NCBI GenBank assembly: GCA_951406725.2
Contig: OX597833.1
Span: 54,932,001-54,996,000 of the forward strand
Direction: 5' to 3'
Source of the DNA: Octopus vulgaris
Taxonomy: Eukaryota
DNA length: 64,000 bases
A model generated the notes under the pieces. The model did no database searches. It was not told where the DNA came from and worked only from the letters and a program-made list of their open reading frames with translations. The position numbers and the translations under genes are program-made. Shown in pieces: positions 24,846 through 37,059 of the stretch. Positions within the stretch are counted from its first letter, which is position 1. Each line of letters opens with the position of its first letter.

Positions 24846-25536
24846 TCTTTCAAGTACATTCAACTTGAAAATATAATATTACATTACAAGCACTAGAGCT
24901 GGTGTAAAAAAAGTCAAGCTAATCTGAGTTCTGGGGTCCACTTCCACTGCCAGACTTCTAAAGCTCTACCAAATCTCTCTCTCTGTGGTTAATCAAGTAC
25001 AAATTTACTGATGGAACCAGAATCCAATCAGCCTAGCTTATAGCCGACACTTTCTTCTTACTGATTTATAGTTGTTGAGAGATATTTTACCAAGAAATAT
25101 GTTGTATTGATTACTGTCCAGCCTAGCGTGGATAGGTTTTCTCTAAACCTATAAACTATGTCTCCTTATTATTATTATTATTATTATAATTCTCCTTTAT
25201 TTTTCTTACTGTTGTCTTTTTCTTCCCTTCTGGTCTTCTACCATCAATTCACATCTTTTATTATCATCAGGTTTGTCCCTTTCTCCTATGTCCTTATCAA
25301 CTCCTACTGTTCGCCCCACCCCCCTCCCATGCACACACTTTGAATTTCTTTTTTTTTATTATTTTATTTTAACTTGTTTTTTTGCCTTCACTGTATTATT
25401 CTTTAGGCATTTGTTTTTTTTTTTGTTTTTTTTTTATCTAAGGGCTGTTGTTCTCCTTTCTTTTCTAATGTTGGTGCCTGTTGCCACACCCACAACCACC
25501 ACCAAATCTTCCCCCCCCACATCATGACAAAATCCA

Positions 25537-25612
25537 CCATCACCACTACCACTGCCACTACCACCACCACCACCACCACCATCACCACCACCACCATCAC
25601 CACCACCACCAT

Positions 25613-25673
<61 letters not shown>

Positions 25674-25750
25674 ACTACTACTACTACTACTACTATACTA
25701 CTACTACTGCTACTACTACTACTACTACTACTACTATACTACTACTACTG

Positions 25751-25784
<34 letters not shown>

Positions 25785-25785
25785 C
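25537..25785. repeat. Compound triplet microsatellite (CAC/TAC/TGC)n
   Basis: Direct reading. Confidence 0.95.
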
Positions 25786-26012
25786 AATTCTTCTATGGCT
25801 GTCTTTTCCTCTTGTCATATTCCTTTTCATTCTGTCATTGTTTTACTTTTCCTTTTCTTCATCTTCTTTCCTTTCTTTCTCCCCCCCCCCACCTTTGTGC
25901 TGTTTTGTTTACCTTTTCACTTGTTCTTTAATTTCTCTTTAATGTCTTCTCTTTCCTATTTTATCATATCATTCCTCCACTCCCCCCTCTTTGTCTATAT
26001 GTATGTATGTTG

Positions 26013-26084
26013 TCTATCTATTTATCTATCTATCGCTTCCCTCCACCGTTATTCTATCTATCTATCTATCTATCTAACTGTATG

Positions 26085-26118
<34 letters not shown>

Positions 26119-26256
26119 AATATCTATCTATAACTTCCCTCTACTGTTATTCTATCTATCTATCTATCTATCTATCTATCACTTCCCTCTACTGTTATTC
26201 TAACTATCTATCTATCTATCTATCAATATCTATCTATAACTTCCCTCTACTGTTAT

Positions 26257-26306
<50 letters not shown>

Positions 26307-26340
26307 GATCTATCTATCTATCTATAACTTCCCTCTACTG
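26013..26340. repeat. (TCTA)n interspersed with a repeated ACTTCCCTCTACTGTTATT unit
   Basis: Direct reading; the unit recurs about five times. Confidence 0.9.
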
Positions 26341-26592
26341 TTATCTTGATTATTTTCAAAATCAAATCAATAGCCAGATAATATGGTTGCAGAAACCTGA
26401 TACAAGAACGTAGGGGTGGTCGCGGTCAGGGTAAGTTTATGCACAGCTGAAGCTTATAAAAGCATTTACCTTCGTTCCCCTGAAAACCTCATTACCGATC
26501 AAGCAAACAAAAACCTCTTACTATTCCTGTTACACTCGAATATGACAAAATCAAATTCACTTGCAGCCTGTATTTTAAACTATACATTGGAC

Positions 26593-27015
26593 CAATGGCC
26601 CTCAACCAGGGCCCTATATGACCCCCCCAGGGGTCTATGGAAACAATTTTTATTTAGATGTATTTATTGTAAGAAACAACTATGTTTCTTTAATGTTTGA
26701 AAAACAAATTAGGAATTTTTGAAAGAAGTATCTGTAAAATTCTAAACCGGCCATATCCGGCCGAAATAGTTAATCTGCTTTATGTTCAAACTGACCAGAT
26801 CCAGGCTTGCACACCTACCCTACAATGTTATTCTACATTAGGTAATTACACCATCAAGATCTTGAAGATATGAGATAATGCATGATTAATTCAAATCAAT
26901 GGGAATCAATAGGCATTATGTTTGATTGAATAATCTGAACACTAAAGGGTTAAATATCAAATGGCTATGGGGGTCCACCAGAGTAAAATGGTAATCAAAG
27001 GGTTGAGAATCACTG
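26593..27015. mobile_element. hAT (Charlie-like) MITE with a nested family H MITE (26741-26949)
   Basis: Termini CAATGGCCCTCAACC / GGTTGAGAATCACTG; weak 8-bp TSD (5/8). Confidence 0.6.
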
Positions 27016-27091
27016 CATGTGAGACAAGACCCGTCTTACTACATGGCTCTCAACCATCTTTTCCTGAATCTAGTTGTATGTATTGTTATAT

Positions 27092-27401
27092 CACCGTGAT
27101 CACCATGACCGACCAGGCTATCAGATGTTGCTACACATCGCTGGTCACAATGCGCTTTGCATTGTTTTAGCCTTCAAACGACACCACCCCGCTGGCTAAG
27201 CGAGCAAGCCAACAGAAGAAAGAGTGGGAGAAAGTTGCGGCGAAAGAGTACAGCAGTGGTCGCCACCACCCCTTCCGGAGCCTCGTGGAGCTTTAGGTGT
27301 TTTCGCTCAATAAACACACACAACGCCCGGTCTGGGAATTGAAACTGCGATCCTCCGACCGTGAGTCCGCTGCCCTAACCACTGGGCCATTGCGCCTCCA
27401 C
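27092..27401 (-). mobile_element. SINE head D, tail D2
   Basis: 14-bp TSD ATGTATTGTTATAT (27078-27091/27402-27415); same family as 56472-56775. Confidence 0.9.
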
Positions 27402-27873
27402 ATGTATTGTTATATATGGAAACATAATATTAACTAACTCCTTTAGTATTCAGATTACTTCGTCAAATTTAATGCTTAATTAGTTTTAAATCTATATCAT
27501 TCATTATCTTGTAGCTTCAAGATGTTAACGATGTGAAATTTTTATTTTTAGAATAACATTGTAGGGTAGGTGTGAGAGGCTAGATCTGGCTGGTATGAAC
27601 ATAAAGCGGGTAAAATGGTGAATCTGTTATTTAGTAATCAAATGTGTAAAAAAGTAATAATTGGTTGACTAACATCCTATGAAATTTCTAAAATGATAGC
27701 AAAGGTTGGGAAACCCCATAATATTGGTGAAACTAATTTTGCCAGTAGTATCTGTTATAATTTCATCATTTATGAAACAAAATGCTAATAAAATTACTTG
27801 TAAGATTCCTTTAAGCGACTCATCAGTGTCACGGTGCATTGCTGAAATGGCTAAGACGTAGAAATGCCACTAG

Positions 27874-28292
27874 GGATCCTTTTGGTTTGAACGGCAGTTT
27901 TTAACATAATTTCCACGTAACTAAAAAATTTTAAACTTCGTATACTGGTAGAATGTGTTTATAAAACATCTTTTTCTCTTGGACTTTATTGAGAAAATTT
28001 TATAGTCTGTAAGATATTTGTTGTTTTTTTATCTTCAATTTCTGCAATTTCAACCAATCAATGACATCCATTGAGGTAAAAAAACACTCTGTGCCGTATG
28101 AATATGTCCCTCGTTTAAGAACCAGATTGGGTTTATTTACATTTGTGAAGAAAAAAAGGTACCCTTCACCCTAACCCAATCCTAACCCTAAAACAGATTG
28201 AAATGCAATAGATCGATACTAGGGTCATAATTATGGGTGACAATTTCATATGACACCGCAAGAAAAAACTGCCGTTCAAACAGAAAAGATCC
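27874..28292. mobile_element. MITE with GGATC TIRs and 8-bp TSD (Merlin-like)
   Basis: ~29-bp TIR GGATCTTTTCGGTTTGAACGGCAGTTTTT; TSD GCCACTAG/GTAACTAG. Confidence 0.85.
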
Positions 28293-28894
28293 GTAACTAG
28301 TAGCCAAGTATAGAAATTTCCTTTTCAACCCGATGAATCTACTCTGAGAGGATAGCAAAGATATTTTATTGACATACAATCGTTTTTTGGATGATAATGA
28401 ATTCAGAGAGGAAACGCTTTTTGCTAGATGTCTTAAAACAGACAGACACTAAAGGCAAAACAATTTTCAAAAACGTAACTTATTTTAAGGAACATAATAT
28501 TCCCCTCAGAAATATAATATCTTGTGCTAATGACAGGGTTCCGTCATGATTGGCAGATATATAGGTTTTATTGCCTGTTTAGTAAATTCGGTATTTTGTA
28601 TACACTGTGTGATAACATCAGTAACACTTGCTTGTAAAACAATTAAGTGCACATCTGCACAATGTCCTTAATATTGTAATATTATTTACAAGAACAAGAA
28701 CACATCGTTCATGAATTCTGTAATCAAAATGAAGAGTTTGGAGGTTTTGTGATTCATACAGAGATGAGATGGTTATCAAAATGTAATTGTCTGTCATTTC
28801 TTTGTTTTTTGCATTTTGGTATACCATTGTCTCATTCCTGGCGAACAACAATCTCAGCAAACAAATGGTTGCAGCTAAATGTGACATATATATA

Positions 28895-29262
28895 AGTTAA
28901 GTTAATTTTTTGGCTCAAAAAGCAAGGCCATGTAGGGTGTCATGGAGTTATGTACAGGGTGGTGTTCATGCAAAGAGTTCAGGCCATTTCTGGTCAAGGG
29001 AGACTTTGAACCGAGCGGTCGTCGGCATCTTTACTATCTCGTCCGGCAGCTTATTCCACGGATCCGCAACCCGGACGGAGAAAGCCCCTCTCCTTCGATT
29101 GAGATGAAATTGTCGCAGATAGAGCTTTTCGGAGTGACCCCGCAGCCGACACTCTGGAGCAGGAGTGAAGAACAGCTCTCTCGAGAGGTTTCACTTTCCA
29201 CTTATGATGTTGTGAGCAAGAATGAGATCACCACGGTGTCGTTGTTTTTATAGGGAAAATGA
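28895..29262 (-). mobile_element. CR1-clade LINE 3' fragment
   Basis: Minus strand translates RHRGDLILAHNII..LRGHSEKL..AFSVRVADPWNKLP..FKVSLD; (TTAAC)n tail. Confidence 0.85.
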
Positions 29263-29315
29263 ACTTAACTTAACTTAACTTAATTTAACAACCTTCTTAA
29301 GTATGAAATAGCCCA

Positions 29316-29493
29316 GCTATGGATAATGAAGAAGGTGAAGATAGTGCTAATTACTGTTGGGTCCTTGGGGTCAGAATTGGAAAGCATCAAGGGGGATATA
29401 AAAGAAATTGGAATAAGGTGCCCAGGAGAACTGTTACAAAAGGTTTGCCTCCTTGGCATTGCTAGAATAATCAGGAAAGTATTAGATAACTGA
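29316..29493 (+). mobile_element. C-terminal fragment of an RLE-type (R4/Dong-like) non-LTR retrotransposon
   Basis: LWIMKKVKIVLITVGSLG...LLQKVCLLGIARIIRKVLDN* resembles the VPIVIGALG...LQKAALLGTARILRKVL ending. Confidence 0.65.
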
Positions 29494-30586
29494 AAAGAAT
29501 GGATAGCATGGTACATGATGATGATGATGATGGTGGAGAGGTGGCAGAATTGTGGTTTCAATTCTTGGATCGGGTGGTGCGTTGTTGTTCTTGAGCGAAA
29601 CACTTCGTTTCGTGTTACTCCATTCCACTCAACTTTCAAAAATGAGTATTTCCTGTGATAGAGTTGCATCCTGTTGGGGTTGGGGTTGGGTGGAGGATAT
29701 ATGCACCATAGAAACCCCGGAAGCCAGCTAGCTCTATGAGTCTATATAACCCAAGAAGGATTTGTTATTGTTTAGTCCCAGGGCAACCCAAATCCAGAGC
29801 TGTGATGATCAAATGTGTTTCAGCCGTGGCCATCCAATCTGGTTTCCCTCCTTCCATAGGATTATGTTATCCAATGTGTCCTTACTTATATTTTTTTTTA
29901 AGACAGTAGAAGAAATTTTTAAGAGATTTGGTTGTTATTTCCAGCAGATTGAGTAACCACATCAAGCTTTTGTTATTGATTTGATTGGTAACATGTTGGA
30001 TTAAGATATTTTATAAGAGCTGTGAGGAGTGGTTTTTAATTTGATATAAGATACCGAAATGTAATAATGCACTTCTGGAAGAGATTAAATGATAGTATGT
30101 AATTTCATACCTACAGGTGCTGGACACACGAGTTGTAGGTAGGGGCCAGCTTGCGAACTTCTAAGAAATTGTTCACTCTGCTCGAAACAACAGCCAAATC
30201 TCTCTTAAAAATCACAAACACACCATTTTATAAAAACAAAAAAGAGCACATGGATAATGTAATATTCTGATATCTTATCTTTTACTTGTTTCAGTCATTA
30301 GACTGTGGCCATACTGGGGCACCGCCTTGAAGAATTTTAGTCAAGTGAATTCGACTCACCTAGTGCCTCTGAAAAAAAAAAAAAAAGGAGTGATTATAAC
30401 TGGAATGTTGGGGCTAACCCTTGTGCTACTAAATTTTTATTTTGAAATAGACTGCCCCTGTTTTAATTAATTTTTGCAGAATTTGTTAAAATATCTTTGT
30501 CCTTGTTAACCTGGAGTTTGGAACATTAATTAACATGAAATTTTGATTAAAGCTTTTAATTTGGATCACTTTAAAGCAGGAAGTTT

Positions 30587-31203
30587 ATATATCACAGAAC
30601 CAGAGGCAGTCTCAGGCTGGTTGGTATTGAAAGGGTTAATTAACCCATAACATGAGTTAACATTATTCAACTGTAGGTGATGCGTCCCTAACCTTAGGTT
30701 TACCTTATTATGTAGAGATATGTGCTGTGCTACATTCTGAGTTCAAATTTTACTAGGGTTACCTTTGTCATTCACGACACAGTGGGGGGGGGGGGCAATA
30801 AATTAAGTACTAGTACAGTGGTTCCCAACCTTTTCACTACCAAGGACCCCTTTTATTGAAATGAGCTTTCCCCACAGACCCCAGGATTTTGAAAGGTCTG
30901 TCAGCATAACATATATCACAGAACCAGAGGCAGTCTCAGGCATGGTATTGAAAGGGTTAATTAGCCCACAACATGGGTTAACATTATTCAACTGTAGGTG
31001 ATGTGTCCTTAACCTTAGGTTTACCTTATTATGTAGAGATATGTGCTGTGCTACATTCTGAGTTCAAATTTTGCTAGGGTTACCTTTGTCATTCTCGACA
31101 TAGTGGGGGCCAAAGTACTAGTGCAGTGGTTCCCAACCTTTTCACTACCAAGGACCCCTTTTATTGAAATGAGTTTTCCCCACAGACCCCAGGATTTTGA
31201 AAA
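30587..31203. repeat. Local ~320-bp tandem duplication containing MITE, SINE and hAT fragments
   Basis: ATATCACAGAACCAGAGGCAGTCTCAGG...GACCCCAGGATTTTGAAA present twice. Confidence 0.85.
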
Positions 31204-31915
31204 GCATGTGACATATTAATAAATATCTGTAAATATAAAACCATCAAGATTTCTGAGTACCTTATTTCTTCTAATATATAATACCTGTAGATCATCTCCA
31301 AACCTTCTAATATATATATATATATGTATATGATGATGTATAAAAAAAAGCAGGAAATTGGAAATATTTTCGTTATACGATAACTCTACAAATAACATTT
31401 CCATAAGTCTCAATTTTAATATGCATTTTGAACTGACATACAGCATCAACTGAGACTACATATTGGATTGTAATAATGGAATAAGCAGATGTGCTTCAAG
31501 AGGAAACCACACATACATCATACATCATACACATGATTACACTTAATCAGGCAAAGGGCTGTCATTTTATAGAGGAACTTTCAGAGCTGGCTTTTCTTAC
31601 CGATTGGTCTTCGGCTATCAATTATTATTTCCACTGTGGGAGTGAAAAGTAAAACTTAGGGTCTTGGAAGACATTTTATAAAATACCATTGCTGATAATG
31701 ACCAGAATCGATTATTTCAGGAAGCCAACAGCAATATTTTTCTTCTATATTAATTTACCCAATTAAAATTGAGCACTGACTTAATTGCAGGACACTTCAT
31801 TTCACATTGTCACACCATACGAAGCTGCAGGGAGAATAAGTAGCAAACTGTTCTTGAGAAAGCTACCTTAATTGCTCTTCCAGTTGATAATATCGTTGGC
31901 ATCTGTTAACTTCAT

Positions 31916-32250
31916 TATTTACATTCGATGGCTATTTGTCCTCATCTTGTTTGTTGATAACACAACGTTTCGGCTGATATACCCCCCCCCCCAGCCTTCT
32001 TCAGGCGTCTTGGGGAAATTTCGAACCTGAGTTCTCATTCCTAAGGTATTTTTTTATGTTGTTGCTGCTGCTGCTATTATTATTATTATCATCATCATCA
32101 TCATCATTATTATTATTAGTCACTGCTTGGAATCGAACTCAGAATCTTGGGGTTAGCAGCCCGCACTCTTAACCTCTACACTATATGCCCGTCAAATGTA
32201 AATAATGTAAATAATGCACAAAATTCCTCATCTCTTAAATATAGAACTGT
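31916..32250 (-). mobile_element. tRNA-headed, hammerhead-containing retroposon with Penelope-like inverted 5' end (copy 2)
   Basis: Perfect B-box GTTCGATTCC (32129-32138); perfect 15-bp TSD ATCTGTTAACTTCAT (31901-31915/32251-32265). Confidence 0.85.
31959..32009 (-). ncRNA. Minimal type I hammerhead ribozyme with intact core
   Basis: Minus strand: GACGC CTGAAGA A GGCTG-loop-CAGCC GAAA CG TT GTGTT. Confidence 0.75.
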
Positions 32251-32337
32251 ATCTGTTAACTTCATCGGAAACTATATTGAAACAATTTGTACTTGGAAAC
32301 ACTTTCAAGGACACTGCCAAATGGAACTTATGTTATT

Positions 32338-32403
32338 GGTCGCTTTTGCCGAACCGCTAAGTTATGGGGACATAAACACACCAACATTGGTTGTCAAGCA
32401 ATG

Positions 32404-32456
<53 letters not shown>

Positions 32457-32599
32457 TTTCCATCTACCAAATTCACTCACAAGGCTTTGGTCAGCCTGAG
32501 ACTATAGTAGAAAACATTTGCCCAAGGTGCCATGCAGTGGGACTGAATCTGGGACCATGTGGTTGGTAAGCAAGCTATGTATCACACAGCCACTCCTGC
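32338..32599 (-). mobile_element. SINE head A fragment
   Basis: Family match. Confidence 0.8.
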
Positions 32600-32730
32600 T
32601 GGAAATTTAGTCATGTTATTGGCTGAATTAAGTGTCCGGCTGTGTGGTTAAGAAGCTTTTTTTTTAACAACCCTGGAGTTTCAGGTTCAATCCCTCTGTA
32701 TGGTATCTTGAGCAACTGTCTTCTAGAATA

Positions 32731-32860
32731 GTTGAAATTTATAGAAAAATAAAACAAGACAGGTGTATTAATTTGATGCTCGGGAAAATATTTAAAAAAG
32801 ATCTTTTACGTTTCTAGCCTACGCTCTTCAACAAGAAGAAATAAGAGAAGATATACAGGA
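32731..32860 (-). mobile_element. Decayed copy of the 50770-50941 HHR-like family
   Basis: Minus strand: TTGTTGAAGAGCGTAGGCTAGAAACGTAAAAGA...CCCGAGCATCAAATTAATACACCTG. Confidence 0.6.
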
Positions 32861-33302
32861 TGAGAATAAAAAAACTTGTGGATTTAGTCATCAAGCATGG
32901 TGACTGGGCATCTTCTAGTATATCTTCGAGCTGATCAAAGCTTTGTGAATGAATTTGATAGGTGGAAACTGTAAGAATCCCATGTGTGGGTGTGTTTGTG
33001 TATATTTCTCTTTGTCTTGGACTTTTTGGTACGGGGGCCAGCAATTTCCTGGAAAGGAAGTAAGTCAGTTACACTGACTCCAGTACTTGATGAGTACTTT
33101 GTTTTTATATTGGCCCCCGTGAAGATATGAAAAGCCAAGTTGACCTTGACACTGTTTGAACCTAGAACATAAAGAGCCACCAACAAATGAACCAATATTG
33201 CAAGAATTTTTTTCCCGATGCTCTAATGATTGTTCCAGTTTCATACCCTATGGCAATGATGATGTCAACAATGGTAGTGGCAACTTGTTGTTGTTGTTGT
33301 TG

Positions 33303-33348
<46 letters not shown>

Positions 33349-33674
33349 CATCATTTTTTAGAGCACAGTGTTAGTGCTTTGGATGTATAATTATCGAATG
33401 ATTGATTGGATAAAACGTTGGACTCTGACTTTGAGAGTTGCAAGTTCAAATGTGATGGAGGTGTTGTTTTATGGTGTTTCAATTCAAATACTTTTATTCT
33501 CTACAATTAGCTACTAATTTTCTGTGTATGAGTTTTTCTTCATTTTTTCTTTTTTGGTTTTCTTTCTTCTTTCGTTCACTTAGCAGTATGGAAACTGATA
33601 TTGAGCCATTGCTACCCTCATAGAATGCTGCGTTTTGTGAGGAAAAATTTAATAGAAATAAGATCACCGTTATA

Positions 33675-33975
33675 GGTGCAGGATTGGCTGTGTGGTAAGT
33701 AGCTTGCTTACCAACCACATGGTCCTGGGTTCAGTCCCACTGCGTGGCACCTTGGGCAAGTGTCTTCTACTTTCTACTATAGCCTCGGGCCGAGCAAAGC
33801 CTTGTGAGTGGATTTGGTAGATGGAAACTGAAAGAAGCCTGTTTTATATATGTATATGTGTGTGTTTGTCTCCTCTCCATCGCTTGACAACAGATGCTGG
33901 TGTGTTTACGTCCCCGTAACTTAGTGGTTAGGCAAAAGAGGCCGATAGAATAAGTACCAAGCTTACAAAGAATGA
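33675..33975 (+). mobile_element. SINE head A / tail 1 (3'-truncated)
   Basis: Family match. Confidence 0.8.
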
Positions 33976-33989
33976 ATCCTGGGGCCCAT

Positions 33990-34300
33990 GGGATTGCATC
34001 TAGAAAGTTCCCCTCTAAGGTACAAGTCTGGGCAAGGCTATTTATAGAATACCAGCAGCCGCCCATGCATACCAGCCTCCCCATTCCATGCCACCGATGT
34101 TATCCAAGGGAAAGGCAAAGGGGCCGATACGGCTTGGCACCAGTGACATCATAACTCGTTTCTACAGCTGAGTGAACTGGAGCAACGTGAAATAAAGTGT
34201 CTTGCTCAAGAACACAACACACAGCCCCGTCCATGAATTGAACTCACTACCTTATGATTGTGAGCCCGATGCTCTAACCACTGAGCCATGTGTCTTCACA
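33990..34300 (-). mobile_element. tRNA-derived SINE head E (CORE-like TTCTTGAGCAAGACACTT)
   Basis: Minus strand: GTGAAGACACATGGCTCAGTGGTTAGAGC...GAGTTCAATTC. Confidence 0.75.
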
Positions 34301-34359
34301 CTATATATATATATATCATCATCATCATCGTTTAACGTCCGCTTTCCATGCTAGCATGG

Positions 34360-34412
<53 letters not shown>

Positions 34413-35503
34413 CATACATACACACCACATATTTAGTGTGTTGTGAGACGATTCTTGAATAAGCAAAATAAAATCTTTGCCATTACCAAAACCAAAATGA
34501 GTAGATGGCATCATGCTTGACATTATTTTTTTACTATTTTTAAAAAATTTGTTTTTTTATTGTCTTTAACACCACCACTGCCACTTCCATTCCACCAAGC
34601 ACCACTGTATAAGCCATAATATTGAAAAATGGGATTTGGTTAGAAACAAAAAAAATTTTGACAGAATTAATGTTTTTATGCGGGGTGAAAGTGTCATCTA
34701 TCACATGTGCCTAGTCATGCTTGGTGAATGCTACTTAGAAGATATAGTAAAAAAAAAAAAAAAAAAAAACAAAAACAAAAAAAAAGAGTAAAACTGACTA
34801 AGCAGTTATCATGGGTGGTTGCTAACATGAAGCGATATGACTCACATATACGATACCAATCAGCCAACTAAAACGCTTAATCCCAATCAAAACAGTTTTG
34901 GTTACCCAAGTGTTAAAATTCTGTTCTAGATTTTCAATTTATCATAGTTGACTTGGTCGGACTTTTGATCCACTGATGAAAGTTGAGTAACCATCTTGAT
35001 ATGGTTGCGTCAGAAGCCCATTTGGGATATAAGAGAGAACACTCCTGAACAATGGCAAATTGTTTTTGTATCATATTTCTTGGACAGTTCTTGCCTTCTT
35101 GTCAAAGAAGAAATCTTCTACTAAATTATTTCTCCACTTCTCTCTGTGCAGTCAGTTGAAGGGTTTCCATTATACGAGCTGAATTGCAACATTAAGGGGA
35201 AATACAGGCTGCGATAAACAGTAGGAAATAGATATGAAATTTAAGATAGTGGAACGGTAATTTTCTTTTTTTTCTTTTACGTTTCCCCTCCCTCTCCTTT
35301 TCTCTTTTTATCTATTTATTTTTGACGAAAGAGGTCTACGGTGGCTAAAGTGTTCAAGTGTATGGCTAATAATCTAAACTGAAAGATTTATTCCGATTGA
35401 GTCTACTGTAGCATGATAGCAGTAGGATTGGTAAAAACAAGGCCTTGATATGAATGCTTCTAATATGACACCGACCCGTACGTAAGAAGCCTTGACCTCG
35501 ACG

Positions 35504-36346
35504 AAACATGCTAACAAATCACGTTCACTATATCGACAAATACAGGTGTATCAGATACCGTACATCATAATTTTTTTTTGATTTATTAAAATCATCTTCA
35601 CCTCTAGGAAAAGTACCGTAATTATTAAATGGCAATAAAGACCAGCTCCTCTTGAATGGGAAACAATATCAAGATTCAAGAAGTCTCCAAAGCTGATATG
35701 CCCCAAAGGAAAAAGACAAACAGGCTAACAAATCATGTCCACTATATCGACAAATACAGGTGTATCAGATACCGTACATCATAATTTTTTTTTGATTTAT
35801 TAAAATCATCTTCACTTCTAGGAAAAGTACCGTAATTATTAAACGGCAATAAAGACCAGCTCCTCTTGAAAGGGAAGCAATATCAAGATTCAATGAGTCG
35901 GATCTTTTCGGTTTGAACGGCAATTTTTTCTAGCGGTGTCATATGAAATTGTCACCCATAATTATGACCCTAGTATCAATCTATTGCATTTAAATCTGTT
36001 TTAGGGTTAGGGGTGGGAGAAGGGTATCTTTTTTTCTTCAGAAATGTAAATAAACCCAATCTGTTTCTTAAACAAGGGACATATTCACATGGCACAGAAT
36101 GATTTTTACCTCAATAGGTTGGTTGAAATTGCAGAAATTGAAGAAAAAAAACCCAACAAATATCTTACAAAGTATAGAATTTTCTCAATAAAACCAAGAG
36201 AAAAAGATGTTTTATAAACACATTCTACCAGTATACGAAGTTTAAAATTTTTTAGTTACCTAGAAATTATGTTAAAAACTGCCGTTCAAACCGAAAAGAT
36301 CCAAGAAGTCTCCAGAGCTGATATGCCCCGAAGGAAAAAGACAAAC
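35504..36346. repeat. 214-bp tandem duplication; the second copy is interrupted by a MITE
   Basis: Units start at 35504 and 35718. Confidence 0.9.
35900..36302. mobile_element. MITE with GGATC TIRs and 8-bp TSD (Merlin-like)
   Basis: TSD AATGAGTC/AAGAAGTC; the empty site is preserved in the upstream tandem copy. Confidence 0.9.
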
Positions 36347-36780
36347 TTATTTTATTGTCTAGAGATAAGAGGATGGTTGTAGATATGTGTTTCTGACTCA
36401 ATTACTGTCATCAGTATAACAATTGCTTGGCCTTATTTCCCAGCAGCCAAGCAACACTCAGAGATTTATACAGAAAAGAGCAGAATGCATTTAAACTGTA
36501 CTGCTATTGTTTCTTGTATTGGTGAGGTGAGCTATAATCCTTGATACTGATTTGATCTCAGAGGAGTGGTGAGCCAGCATGCAGTAAATGTCAACAGCTC
36601 TGTGCTCAGAGTGTAACAGAACTGGCTGACCCTTCAGCTAATAATCAGACGAGTTTCAGTTTAATTAACAGGAATTAAATGGAGACATTGACATTTGGGA
36701 CAGAGAAATAATGTTGTGGTTTTTGTGTTTGCTTTTGTTCTTTTAATAGTGTTTAAAATACAATTTATTATTATTATTAA

Positions 36781-36816
<36 letters not shown>

Positions 36817-37019
36817 GCCGAGGTCAACTTTGCCTCTCATCCTTTCGGGGTCAATGAAATAAGTACCAGTTAAACACTGGGGTTGATCTAATCGACTAGT
36901 CCCCTCCCTGCATAGAATAAGTACTAGGCTTACAAAGACTAAGTCCTGGGGTCAATTTATTTGACTAAAAAGCAGTGCTCCAGCATGGCCACAGTCAGAT
37001 GACGGAAACAAGTAAAAGA

Positions 37020-37059
<40 letters not shown>

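Noticed and set aside
27815-27873. CTGATGA on the minus strand
   Set aside because: No stem II-GAAA or stem III follows.
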